In this document: positions 34,051-46,300 of the stretch, in pieces
Layout of the letters: each line of letters begins with the position of its first letter
Position numbering within the stretch: position 1 is the first letter of the stretch
Source: Lama guanicoe
Taxonomy: Eukaryota
Direction of reading: 5' to 3'
Assembly (NCBI GenBank): GCA_013239625.1
Contig: MU055549.1
Span: 6,823,693-6,887,692, forward strand
DNA length: 64,000 nt
Made by a program: the position numbers and the translations under genes
Notes under the pieces: model-generated
The model's database searches: none
What the model was told of the DNA's origin: nothing
What the model saw: the letters and a program-made list of their open reading frames with translations, nothing else

Positions 34051-36938
34051 GCCTCTCTGGTTCAGGTTTGTCAGCATTTTAATTATAAGCCTTTACCTTC
34101 TGTGTTTAATTACTTGTCTGTTAAAGTCGGCTCTGCACATTAAAGGGCTTTTCTTGAGGGGGGTATCATCTGTATTAATTTCTACAGGGTAAACCAGTTG
34201 GCTGGGTTGAGCTGGGCAGGACAAAAAGATTTCAGTCTTTTCACTCCACCACCGTTTGTCGCTGAAAGTGGGATGTGATCACACCGCGTACTGAAAAGCC
34301 TACATTCGGAGGCTGAGCATTTTAGGTTTCCAAGAACAAGCAAACACGGGACTGAAACAAAATGAACGGCAGTGATAGCAGCCAGGCTGCTCAGGCCGAA
34401 TTTCTGGCCTCGGCTGCTTTCTCCCGTCTCTCGGAGATGGCCGTCCTGCACATCATCATTGGGCCAGGGCCTCCTGTGAGAAACTGATTATTAACCAAAA
34501 TGGGCTAGAGTAAGACTTGCTTTCATTTTTTAACGTATACCCATATACAGATGTGCATAGGTGTGATTTTTTTTAACTTGCTTTTAATTACTTATTCATT
34601 TAGATTTATTGTGGTCATAGGTGTGACTTTTCCATGTCTAAAATAGGGCAAGATTTGTCCATACAGAGTGCTTCCCATTTTTCCTTGCACCGTTGATTGG
34701 TTTTAGACAGTGTTTCTGAAATAAAGTGCAGAATGGAGGTAGGTGCAAAGTGTCGTTGGCACATGATGGCTGTTTACGGTGACAAGTGAAAAGGAAGCCT
34801 TCTCACCCACGCTCGCCTGCCATGGGCTGGGGAGGGGGTCCTAGTGGTGCCAGAGGATAGGGAATGGCAGCTACCAGACTGGCCTTGGGCACCCCCGCTA
34901 TGCTGCATCGCCAGGTTGCCTTCCATGTGGAGAAATGGTCGTCAGGAGGCAGCCTGGCCCAACTGCAAGGGCACGGCCTTGAGACTGCAGGCTGCGTTTG
35001 CCCACTGTGTGTCCACAGGCGAGACATGGCACTGTTCTGAAGCTCGGCTTCCCCACCAGTCACTCGGGGAGTGCTGTGACGCCCCGTGAGCTGAGTACTG
35101 TGCTTGGGATATCTGCTCATGCTCTTTCCCAGCTTCAGCAAGGATCCCAGTGGGGTGTAAGTTAATTAACGGTTAATGCGAATTTATTGACAGTTTCCTG
35201 AATAGCTCTCCCAGCTGACAATTTTCTGATGTGTATAATGGCGCCCAGCTTTGCTGCGCGTGTTGGTTTAGAGGTGTATGGCAGGCAGCTGCATATTTCC
35301 CATGCTCCGTGCGTGCCCGCGGCCCGGGTAGGAAGCCGAAGGAGATGGATAAAACTGACCTTTCTGTCTCCTCGGAGTTTTTGTTGCCATTGTGAGTACT
35401 AGCTTTTTCCTGTATGTTTCTGAATGCCCCTGGAGGTCAGGGGTAGAGCAGGGAGTCTGTTCAGAGCTGAAAGGGCCTCCGTCTGTGCTTCCTCAGATTG
35501 GGAGACTGAGGTCTACACTGCCAGTGCCCAGTCTGGAGGGTTTGTTTTTTTATACCTCTGTGCTGTCTGTTTGGGGATCCCACTGTGGGCATCTTTTTAT
35601 AAGAGCAAAGACTTCGCAGAAGCATTGGTAGCTGCCATGGGCCACCCCCACCCGGCTGGTGACAGCAGGACCCTGGCAAGTACTCTGAACTCACCAGGCT
35701 CTCGGGCTTCTCCCAGAGCCCCTCGAGCCAGCCCTCCCTCAGTGGGGCCAGTGGAGTGTTCTCTCCAGCCATCCTAGACCCTTGTCCTCATGCCTTGGCT
35801 CAGGTGCTTGGTGTCCTGTGCTGCTGTCCCTGAACCCAAGATGCAGCTGACATTTTATGATTTATTGCAGGTGAGAGGGCACAACCAGAGGCTGAACCTT
35901 CAGCAGGCAAGGCCCGGGAACCTTGTCTTCCTGACACAGCTGTGAACTGAGTCCCCACCCTGGTGATCCAGGAAAAGAGACACCCCTGTGGGCCAGGGGC
36001 TGTACAGTTCGTTTCAAAGTAGATGATGCCATTGTGGGGCAGCTCACGTCATTGCCCTGTACGTTTTCCCACCTGTGTTCTTTTCGTAAGACCAGTGTGA
36101 TAAAGCTGCCTTCAAACAGCCACCTCAGCGCTCTTGAGTTTCCCATTGAAAGGGCTGGTGAGCTTCTACCCCGAAATCAAGCATGGAGTCCTTGCAGCCC
36201 TGAGGCCGAGCTAGCAGAACCCAGCCCACAGGGCAGGGGAGGCAGACTGACGTCAGCACAAGGAGACAGGTGTGAAATCCAGGAGTGAGTCAGCCAGCCT
36301 CGATCTGGCTGGAGGCCTGCTGCCCTGGCCTGGGCGGCTGCAGGAGCCTTGCGTCTCGGGTCTGTGCTTTAGGTGCTTAACCTCTTCTAGAAACCACATT
36401 CTGCTGTGGTTATGTCAGCATAAGGCAGCCTCGAAACACAGCATAGAGAGATCCGAGGCTGTAAATCTCCTCCATCTTTTGAGCGTAAGAAAGCTTGTAG
36501 TCCACTCAGAATCTGGGCCCCTGGGAATTTCCCTTCAAGTTTGAGGGCAAAAATGGAAATAAGAACATTTGAGGTCAAATGCTATTTGTGCTCCTCTGGG
36601 CGTTTTCTTTCTTTGAGCTCTAGATCTGTGCACCCAGCAGCCTTCTGTTCCCCTTTAACCAAGGAGTCGCAGGACCAAAGCCTGTGAGTGCAGTCGGGGG
36701 ATCTGAGTTCCTGTCCCCGCCTGTGTGGGTGTCGTCGGCTTCTCCTGTGTGCCCCAGGCCAGTAGAAGTCTTTCCAGAAACTTCAAGCTCAGACATGGAG
36801 CCTCAGCTTTGAGAGACCCCTTGGAGGTCATCTTGTCAGTCCATCTGTGAGAGACTAGATGGTGTGCATGTGATTTTTGTGTATTTTTGCCAGGTTTTCT
36901 CTCTCCTTTGTAGAAAAAGCCCCGGGTGTGTTTATACT

Positions 36939-36939
36939 A

Positions 36940-36970
<31 letters not shown>

Positions 36971-37008
36971 TCAGTCACTCACTCACTCTCTCTCTCTCTC
37001 TCTCTCTC
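36939..37008. repeat. Compound microsatellite (AC)n-(ACTC)n-(TC)n
   Basis: About 14 AC units grade through ACTC units into a TC run. Confidence 0.95.
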
Positions 37009-37524
37009 CTATGTATAATCTCAAACTTGTGAACTAGGCTCAGCAGGGAAGTGGAGAAACTCTGGTTGTTCCTGAAGGTTAAAGTAAGGGGGACTGCCTA
37101 GAACTTCAGGAGCTGATCCCAGTGTCCCTGGGCCATACCATGTCTGCCAGAGTCTTGGTGCTGGGAACCTCCCCGAGAAGCTGTAGGCCACAGCGTGTCT
37201 CACACTATCCCCTTCATGTAGACTCTTGGCTCTTCTCAGGCCTTTCCCACTGGCTCTCCATCCAGAACATACTGTGCAACCCACCACCTCCTGTGAAAAT
37301 GGACCTTGAGGTACCTGAAGGGCAGTTGTCCTTCTCCATAATTCTGCTTTGTGTTACTGGCCCCAAGCAAAACGAACACCACCTTTCAGTGGTGTTCTGA
37401 ATCCGGATTTGTAGAGACTGGGATCGTCAGCGCTGCAGAAGCTTCCTGGTGTGGCTGGACGGTCTGACGGGGCTGCCACAGAGCTGTCTGAGGGCCCAGG
37501 CCCCTGTGTGGCCTGCAGTCCAGA

Positions 37525-37697
37525 GCAGTGGTTCTCAGCAACTTTGTGTTAAGATAACCCGGGGAGTTTATTAAAATGCAGGTTCTTCCCACTAGAGATT
37601 CTATTCATTAGGTCAGGGACTGGGCCTGGGACTCTGCATTTAGCTCCCCAGAGGCTACTCCTGCAGTTAGTCCCCAGACTGCACTTTTAGAAGCCCT
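37525..37697. mobile_element. MER5-family hAT-Charlie DNA transposon
   Basis: cagtggttctcag...ggggagtttattaaaatgcaggttc...agagattct...ggcctggga.tctgcattt...gactgcacttttagaa. Confidence 0.8.
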
Positions 37698-37789
37698 CGT
37701 GCAGAACACACAGCCAGATTGGTACCAGCTTGTAGAAGGGCCGAGGCGCACCTACCCAGGCCTTCTCCAGTGTTGTCACACCGTGGCTA

Positions 37790-37950
37790 CCGTCACTGAG
37801 AGCTCGTTGTGTGTCCCCTCAGGCCCTGTGCCAGGCAGCCGCTGCGTCCTCAGAGTAGCTCTGCAAGCTGATAGATGAAGAAACTGAGGCTCTGAGAGAG
37901 TCAGTAACTTTCAGAGCTGAGGCTCGAACCCAGGTCCGCACCCTTCCCAC
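37790..37950 (-). mobile_element. MIR SINE
   Basis: tagatgaagaaactgaggctctgagagagtcagtaactt...gagctgaggctcgaacccaggtc. Confidence 0.75.
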
Positions 37951-38629
37951 ACCAGTGAGCCCTGCTCAGCGGACTCCCTGGGTCCACGGCCATTGTCACT
38001 TCTGAAAGAGTTATAGTTGTTTGTACAGAAGTGATGTTGAATGGAGGGGCGGGGGCGTCCGGTATCCTCTCCTTGGAGCCTTACCGGGGCCTTTCGTGCA
38101 GCGTGACGTTGGGCCGAACGCTCAGGGCTGTTTGCCACTGAAAATGAGCTTCTATTCCTGTTTCTTTTGTCTGCTGACCTGACCCAACAAATCGCCTTCT
38201 GTTCCCTGAGTGAAGGGGGAAAACACAAGGGCTAAACATAGCCTCGATTGTTTTTACTTTTCATATATTGTACTTCTTGAAGCGATAAAGATAGAAACAA
38301 TTAAAATATTCTCTGCCCCACAGACAGACCAAGTGGCCACCTGGCTGGTGTTGACACACAACAGCAGTGCTCAGTGTCGGGCAGTGCTTTGTGTTTTCAA
38401 AGGGTCTTAGACGTTGCTGTGCCAGCCAGTGTCCTGGCTAGTTCACACACAGCCATCCATGGCTCCGGTGGGGCGGGGAGTTGAAGACACAGCCCAGGTT
38501 GGACCTGCCTGGCCAAGGAGCGATTACCTGCGCCAGGGGCAAGAGACAGGCAAGACCAAGTGAACCCCCACCATCTGCTCTGTTGTTCTTCTCCGCACTC
38601 GTCATCCCCTCCTTCCTCCCCCCATCCCC

Positions 38630-38960
38630 GCCTGAGGTCGGCTGTGTGCCAGGCTCGGTACTGGGTGCTGGAGAGTCATGTCGGGACCGTGTACTAGAAC
38701 TTGTAGCTCAGTAGAAGAAGGAGACAAATAAACAGATAATTAGGATTCAGTTAACACGAACCATATGATTGGAAGTCTAGGCAAAGGCTGGGGCTGCCCA
38801 AGGGCCTGTATGTGAAGACATGTCTGCAGGGGAGGTGATGTTTGAGTTGGGTCTCAAATGGTGAGTGAGAGACTGGTAGAAGGATAAAGCAGGAGAATTA
38901 TATTCCAGGCCTCTGCAAAGGGGTGAAGGCGAGAAAGCACTGATGTTTGAGGGGAAGCTG
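38630..38960 (-). mobile_element. L2 fragment
   Basis: ctgtgtgccaggctcggtactgggtgctggaga...agacaaataaacagataatta...ggaggtgatgtttgagttgggtct...attccaggc...tgcaaagg. Confidence 0.65.
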
Positions 38961-40079
38961 CAGAGCCACTGCCGTGCTCACGTTTAACCCGTGGACTGAG
39001 TTGAGAACTGACTGTTTTAGTCCCCCCTACGACAGAGACATCTTACATACTAAGGTCATAGAGGCTTACTCTTTAAAACAGAGTGGAGTAGTTCCTGTAG
39101 GCAAGTAGGAACACGATAGAATTAGCCCTCCGACACCAGTCCCACTGGGATTTGATAGTTAACCTAAAAGCACGTTGAATACACAGCCCTCTGCACGCAG
39201 GCAGCACCTGTGCTCGTTCCTCCAATCGATTTGTTAAACTTCAGTTTCACAAAGAATTGCTGGTGCAGAAGAGTCACTCTTCAGGACTGTGTACACAAAA
39301 CCAGGAGGAGTGGCTTTATGGCCTCAGGCATTTTTAGGGATGATCTTGGCTCTGTCTGATTCTGGGCTGACTCTTGATGTCACGGCAGGTTGGGTGTGCC
39401 TGGAGTGTAGGGCCTGTAGGGGGACCATGAGTAGGTGGGGATCTGGATGCCAGGATGAAATGTCTGCATTTTTTTGAGGGGGCAATGAGAAGCTGCGGGA
39501 GGGGATGGACCATGACCTCAGAAAGTTCTCTGGCGGCAGAAAGGAGTTGGGACTGGAGTAGGGAGGCCCAAGGGGTCTAGTCAAGAAGCACCGAGATCAC
39601 AAGATGGCCGCTAGAGAGCGATGGCACTGCCGAATGATGGAGACAGAACGTCCGTGCTTGTTAACTGGCTCCCAGTTCCCCCTTTGTTCTCCCCTGGAGA
39701 TGGGGAAGCTTCCAGGGCAGTGAAGTAAAAATGGAACAGAAAGTGGTACCTTCTGAGGGTGGGATCAATCTCTTAATTCCCCGGGTTTCCCAGGGCCTGG
39801 AGCGAGACCTTCTCTAGTGGACTCTAGTTGGAAGTTGGGGCCCTCACTGCCCTTGGTTGGGTCCCCTAGTTCCTTCCTCAGTCGGCCACATTTGTGGCCC
39901 ATCTGGCGCCTCAGTGCCTTGTCCAGAAGGAGAAGTTGGTGGCCAGCGTAGTTTGATGGGAACTTCCTGAAAGACCAAAGGAACAAGCCCAGAGAAGGAT
40001 GGTTGTGAGCCTGGCCCTGAGCCTGGCACAGCACCTGTGGGCTTGGTGGTCAGGTTCTCCACATAATTGTCCTTATAGA

Positions 40080-40450
40080 AAACACAGAAGCTCTCGGGAA
40101 CCAAAAAGAAAAATCAACCAGCTCTCTGCCGATTGGCCATGAACATTTAGGTTTATTCCTTTCTGTCTTCCCACACAGCATATGTGTTCTACTAAATAAG
40201 AATCATGCTGTCTATACAGTTTTATATCCTGTTTCTTTATGCTTAGTATTACATCATTAACATTTCCTCACATCATTAATATTCTTTGAAGCTGCTTTTT
40301 TCATGCTCCATGTTATTCCTTGATACTTCATCTAACCAGCCCCCTACTGTGGGACATTTTAGTTGTGTTTACCATTTTGCTATCGCTTATATCATTTTGA
40401 AGAACATCATTAAACATAAATCTCCACTTTTTTCTGAGGATAACTTTTCT
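40080..40450 (-). mobile_element. Ancient L1 (L1ME-like) fragment
   Basis: atcatgctgtctatacagttttatatcctg...catttcc...taaccagccccctactgtgggacattttagttgt. Confidence 0.6.
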
Positions 40451-41294
40451 TCTAAATCAGATAACAGAGTTGGTCGCAACTCAGTCGATGTGGGTTTATA
40501 TTTTTAAAATTTTTACTTTAGTATTACTTCAGTGTTTTAATTTAGTATTGTGTTAGTTTGCTGAACTTTCAACTGCTGGCAAGATACTCTTTTAGAAAAG
40601 AATGGCGAATATTTGAGGAGTAGTGGATAGTGAAGGCCTGTTTTGAACAACATAAATGCTATTTGCAAGAAGGTAACTTCTGGTAATGATTTGTCAAATT
40701 CAGTTGAAGGAGCACGTCTGGAGACTTGCCGTGCGCCAGGGCCTGGGAAGATTTCAGGGATGAGATGAATTGGACGTTTAGTGACAGACCTGCTTTGTTC
40801 CCAGCTGGCCTGCTGGGCTTGAGGCAAATCTCTCTCCTGCATCTCCAGCTTCTAAGGCCCTCCCGTGGGAACAGCCTCTGGACCACTCTTCCCATGTCCC
40901 CGGCCCAGGGTCCCGGCCCCCTCAGGCTCTGCGCGTCTCATGACTGCAGACGACACAGGGCGCCCTGGAGGAAGGCGGTCACATTTAGCCCTGATTTGGC
41001 AATTCCTTGGGCTTGTGAATCTCCTTTTGGGCCTCATCGGTCACTCCCTTTGAACCTGTCATGTAGCTGCTGCTTGTGACACTCAGCCTGGGGTCGGTCC
41101 CTTGGGTGTGTCTCTCAGTGCCCTTGGAAAAGTGGCCACCGGTAGGGGAGCTGGTTCTGCAGTCCCAGCTGCCTGGAGCACTTGTGTGGGTGACGTCACA
41201 GTTTCCTGAGGCATGGCTTGTCTTGCACGACTGGTCCTTGCCCTGAGGACAGGGCCAGTGTCAGGCTCCCCTGTGGCTCCCTCAGTGCTGCAGT

Positions 41295-41480
41295 GAAGTG
41301 AGAACAGCTTGGACTTCGGGTTGGGCCAGTCCCTCATCGTTTGTTAGCTGTGTGGCTCGGGGCCGCTTACTCAACCTCTCCGAGCCTCATTCTCCCCGTC
41401 TGGCAGTGATGGCAACCACCCAGGGCGCCCGTGGTGGACGCGTGGTAATTGTGCTGAGAATCAGTGTGCGTGACATACCT
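41295..41480 (+). mobile_element. MIR SINE
   Basis: ttagctgtgtggctcggggccgcttactcaacctctccgagcctcattctccccgtctgg. Confidence 0.65.
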
Positions 41481-42299
41481 TCTGAATGTCATTTCAGGTT
41501 TCACTGCTCTCCTTCTACTGAGACTGACTCAAGTCATATTTCTCTCTGTATTCACATTTGCACCGTTTATAAATATGTATAGAATAGAAAAAAATCGAAA
41601 CATGCTAATACGTCGATCTCTGGGAGCATGGCGTATTTCTTAACTTCGCTTTCGTATCGTGATCTTGAATACAAGAACCATGTCAAATTTATCTTTGCTC
41701 GCCCAGAATGCTCCGCGTAGGAGAAAAACAATAAATAGTTATTGAATACTTCACTAAAATAAAGGTTCAAAGTGCCAAGTCAGCTTTTCATAGCAGGGTG
41801 AGCTTATTTATTCCTGTGTTCAAGTCGAGACCCAGATAACGTAAGTTTAAATTGTTCCCTTAAGTCTTTGCAGCCCAAGGCTTGTCCCTATAGATTTTAG
41901 CTGCTTTTTTCTCTATTTTGGCAAGAAAGCAAGTGAATGCAAGGAAAGTCCTCAGTGATTGGCAGCTCTTGTTGGTTGCTGATGTTGTGGAGCATTTTGG
42001 TGGAGGGGACTTAAATCAAGGAAATATTCAGTTTCTGTTGTCAGCAAGTGTTTTCAAGATGGGCTTCAGATGAACTAACCTGGCAGCACCTCCAGCCCCT
42101 AAAGTACGGCAGAGTCGTCTTTGGTCATGGCCTTCTGCCAGGGCACTGAGTCCCAGCCCCAGAGCCCTGACACGGGATGTCACCGACATGTCACCCGACT
42201 CTGCTGCCGGCCGGGTGGGGGGGGTGGGACAAGTCAGTTTCCCTTCTAGAAAATGAGAAGCATTTTGTGTGAAAAATAGTGATGTGGACTTTCCTGGGA

Positions 42300-42480
42300 G
42301 GCAGGACGGTGCGTTGGAGAGAAAGCCGTGCCAGGCATCCTGGGCAGTGCTTGGATCCTAGGCCTTGCTCTGCGTCTAACTCAGCACCCGGGAACTCACA
42401 TCCCCTCTCTGGGCCTCAGTTTCTCATCTGTAAATCGAGGTCGCCCTGGATGGCTTTTAAGGGCCTTTCTAGCTCTAAAT
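42300..42480 (+). mobile_element. MIR/MIR3 SINE just upstream of the large exon
   Basis: ccctctctgggcctcagttttctcatctgtaaa...ctggatggcttttaagggcctttctagctctaaa. Confidence 0.7.
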
Positions 42481-42570
42481 TCCTGCTTAAGACGGGTTCT
42501 TGGTGAGGAGATAGAGGACTGGCATGAAGGCCTTCTCAAATCCTGTTTCTCTTTGTCATTTATGAACCAG

Positions 42571-43349
42571 AAAATGACAGATGGCGAGACCTGGACAGGA
42601 AGTGCTCTCTTCAGATTGACCAGCCGAGCGCCAGCATCTGGGAGTGCCTGCCTGAGAAGTGTCAGGACAGCGCTCTGTGGCACCGGGAGGCCGCCACCGC
42701 CTGCGCGGTCACCAACCTGATCAAAGACCTCAGCCTCAGTGACCACAACGGGAACCCCTCCGCGCCCCCCAGCAAGCGCCAGTGCCGGTCACTGTCCTTC
42801 TCCGACGAGATGTCCAGCTGCCGAACATCATGGAGGCCCTTGGGGTCCAAAGTCTGGACGCCTGTGGAAAAGAGGCGCTGTTACAGCGGGGGCAGCGTCC
42901 AGCGCTATTCCAATGGCTTCAGCACCATGCAGCGGAGCTCCAGCTTCAGCCTCCCTTCCCGGGCCAACGTGCTCTCCTCGCCCTGTGACCAGGCGGCCTT
43001 TCACCACCAATTCGGTGGTCAGCCCTGCCAAGGGGTGCCCGGCTTCGCCATCTGTGGACAGGCGAGAGACATCTGGGGCCCCAACCCGAGCCTGGTGGGT
43101 GGGGGCCGGCTTGACATGCAACGGTCCCTCTCCTGCTCGCACGAGCAGTTCTCGTTCGCGGAGTACTGTCCACCCTCAGCCAACAGCACACCTGCCTCAA
43201 CGCCAGAGCTGGGGAGACGCTCTAGCGGGCTCTCCCGCAGCCGCTCCCAGCCGTGTGTCCTTAACGATAAGAAGGTCGGCGTTAAGCGGCGGCGCCCTGA
43301 AGAGGTGCAGGAGCCGAGGCCTTCCCTGGACCTTGCCAAGATGGCACAG
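42571..43349 (+). CDS. FAM53B: FAM53B large coding exon, (E)NDRWRDLDRKCSLQIDQPSASIWECLPEK...SAPPSKRQCRSLSFSDEMSSCRTSWRPLGSKVWTPVEKRRCYSGGS...RSRSQPCVLNDKKVGVKRRRPEEVQEPRPSLDLAKMAQ
   Basis: Acceptor tttatgaaccag ends at 42570; 779 nt; donor CAG|gtaaga at 43350. In frame with ORF 42810..43676. Contains the FAM53 conserved blocks (APPSKRQCRSLS, WRPxxSKVWTPVEKRRCYSGGS, RSRSQPCVL, basic KRRRP, RPSLDLxKM). 78+55+779 = 912 nt = 304 codons. No terminal exon was found in the window. Confidence 0.97.
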
Positions 43350-46300
43350 GTAAGAGCCCCAGAAGGTGCTGAGAGGTGCTGCAGGTGCCTTTCGGAGCCT
43401 CTGCTGCTCCTGGCCCATCCCAGGCAAGTGCAGGGGGTCAGTTTCAGACACCCCCAGGAATGGGTTAATTTCCTGCTTTTTAAAATCCTTTTCCGAGAAG
43501 GAGAAAATCAAGCCCCACTTTGTAAAGGGTCTTTTTCTTTCCATTTAAAATCAGAACTGTTCTTTCCCTGTGAACCCAGTGCTAGTGGTGTAAGAGCGGA
43601 CAGATGGGGACGGACAGGGCCTTGGGCAGACCAGCATCACCACACACTGGTTACCCCCTTCCTGGCAGTTCTCTGAAGCCTCTCTCCCAGGAACCCATCC
43701 CTGCAGCCGCCCCAAGAAGTGCTCGCACAGGCCGGGATGCAGTGTCACTTGGATTACGCTGATCCTGAGGTCAGGGCCCTGGGTGATGGTTTTAGAAAGC
43801 GAGAAATGGTGGGAAGCACTTATTCTTTTGGTTAAACTGCTGAAAATGTGAGACCATCAAGAAGTTGTGATCACTTGTCAGTGTCACCTGTGTAATCGTC
43901 CTTGCTGTTCACTATAGGTGAGGCCTCTGGCCACATGCCTCTGTCACATGCACTTTATCCTCAGTCTCGGATCCCTGCCTCCTGCTAACTCTGATCTCAG
44001 GTACTGATTTGAATGAGGAACTTGGAGTTAATGCGCCACGATCAGGACAGTCTCCATGCCTGAGCGTTGCCTGCGTTTGTTTCTTTACTGGGGAATCCCA
44101 AGGATGAGAGCGTGTGATGGTGAGGCCCAGGGAGCAGGGCTGGCCCTTGTGGCTGTCCACCCGAGGACAGGTGGATATGGTGGGCAGAAGGTGGCGCGCC
44201 GGGTTCTGTGTCCAGGAGGCCCTTAGGTGCTCAGGGCCACGGTTTGATTATCGTCCTTTCTAGTCTTGTTACATGAGCATCAGTCACGGCTGGGCTGGAG
44301 GGTCACAGAGGCCGGTTTGGTGAGAGGTTGGCCTTGCTCACGAGCATGTGCGCACATCTGGGCAAACAGGCTTGTCACGTCCACTCCTTTTCAGGCGGGC
44401 TCCACCACCTTCCTTCAGTGGCCAGTGCTTTTTTTCAGTCAGGCCTCCTTTTAGAATGAAAATATGGCTTCTGTCTATGGAGTTTCCTTCTCTTTCCTCT
44501 TGGTTTTCCTCCCAGCCTTGAGGTCTCCCCAGAAGAAGAGGTGCAGGTATCTCCAGTCTTGAGCACACCTGGCCCCTGAGTCCAGGCTTTCTGGCCACTT
44601 TGCTTAAGAGCCTAGGCCCTGGTCTGGGGCAGTCGGAGGACCAGCTGGTGGTGCTCCCGCCTCCCCGGGCCGGTGGGGCTCGCCTGGGGAAGAGCCTGCG
44701 GGAGGACTGGGCAGACTCCACCCTCTGCCCTCATCTCCAGTTTCCCTTCCTTCTATCACATGGCTGCCCCAGGTGTATCCCTTGCTTTCCCCTGAGTGCT
44801 TTCCTAGCTAGGCGGCGATTGAACACATTTCCTGGACATTGGACAGGCGAGTGGAATTTTCCTTCTTGGAGAAATTTAAATAGGTAAGAATGCTGGAGAG
44901 GTGACAGATTTGTTGACTTCTGAAAGGAAACCCAGAGTCTTGAGTTCTGGGTGCACGAGAAAGGGCTTCAGTTAAATTTTTAATGCTGAGCTTATTTTAT
45001 TAGCTAATAAGCTAGATAGGTAATAAAAACAACTTACACGTGTTATTATATTTTACTAGCCGCAAGTTGGAATAACACCCCTGGCATCACTGGAGACATT
45101 TCCCGTCCTCACTTGGGTAGAAACCATTTAAAGATATATTGCTCGGTGGGGCTGTGCCCAGATGTATGGATTGCTCCATCAGCTCCAGGCAGGCCTCCAA
45201 GAGCCTGAGGAGGCTGCCCTGGTTCTGCCTGCCTTTCCCTGGCTGAGGCCTGGGGAGGGCAGAGTCTAGGGAGAGCGGAGAAGGGGCCCCTGGGAAGCCT
45301 GTGGGCCGAAGGGCTGCGGGCAGCGCCCTGGGGATGGGTGGACCCTGAGCCGCCCCCCCTGCCAAGCCTCCAGACCCAGCCAGCCGTTTCCCATGGGCTC
45401 TGCTTGCTTTGGCTCTCCCCCCTCAGATGACTTATGGCCTCAGGAGATGGGCCTTGCTTCTCTAGGAGCCTTGAAAGCCAAGCCCAGGGCAACCTCTATG
45501 CATTTGAAAGGAGCCCTGGATGTAGCCTGGAACATGCAGGGCCCTGTGCCTGGGCACCCCGTGAGCCAGTGTCACTGGTTTGTAGGGACCTGCTCGCGGC
45601 CAGATGGCGGCTGGTGTGAGACTAACTGTCCCCAGACCCTAGCCTCCACGTGGCTTTACCTGCATTTGCAGCTGCTGGGAAACGAGTGGGTCTGCAAGTC
45701 TGTGGAAAGGTTGGTTTGTGTCGAGAGTTGGCACTGCTCCGTGTGTCCTCCAGCTGGGTGGTGGACTCTCTGTCTTACGGGTCTTTTGATCTTGGTTTAT
45801 ATAGTCTCCTACCTGGGAGGAGGGCTTTCCACATGAGCATCGTCGGCAGGGTGCCCCTGTGTGCGTGGGCTCTGGGCTCAGGTGCATGAGAGACTTGGGC
45901 TGAAGGTGCAGAGTGAGTGCTATCTCAGTCAGCCCTTTGGGATGACAGGGGTTCTGATAAACCCTGGCTTCCAGAGGCACCGACCGGGGCTGGGACCCCC
46001 CGGGGTCGGTGTGAGCCCCAGCAGCACCCTGAGAGTGGCTGGTAGTCAGAGTCTCCCCAAACTTCCAGCAGAAAAGAGACCAGGGGAAGACCCCTGAGTC
46101 AGACTGGCAGAGGAGGCCAGCCCCTCTGAGGTCCCGGGCCCTGCCTCCTGCACACAGGGGGCAAGGGTGCTGGGGTGGGCCCTGCTCTGAGGCTGCCTCT
46201 CACCCCTCCCTGGACCCTCTCCTCTGGGTGCCGTGTCACCTTCTTGAGCAAGCAGCCCCCGGAGGGTACAGGCCAGGCCTGTAAAAAGGGTCTTTATCGC

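Noticed and set aside
42660-42665. Two extra residues (CQ in PEKCQDS) relative to the human protein as I recall it
   Set aside because: I recall the same residues in mouse Fam53b, so this is probably ancestral and not a novelty. Not verified.
42739-43353. Overlapping alternative-frame and antisense ORFs on the large FAM53B exon
   Set aside because: Expected shadows of a GC-rich coding exon, with no independent support.
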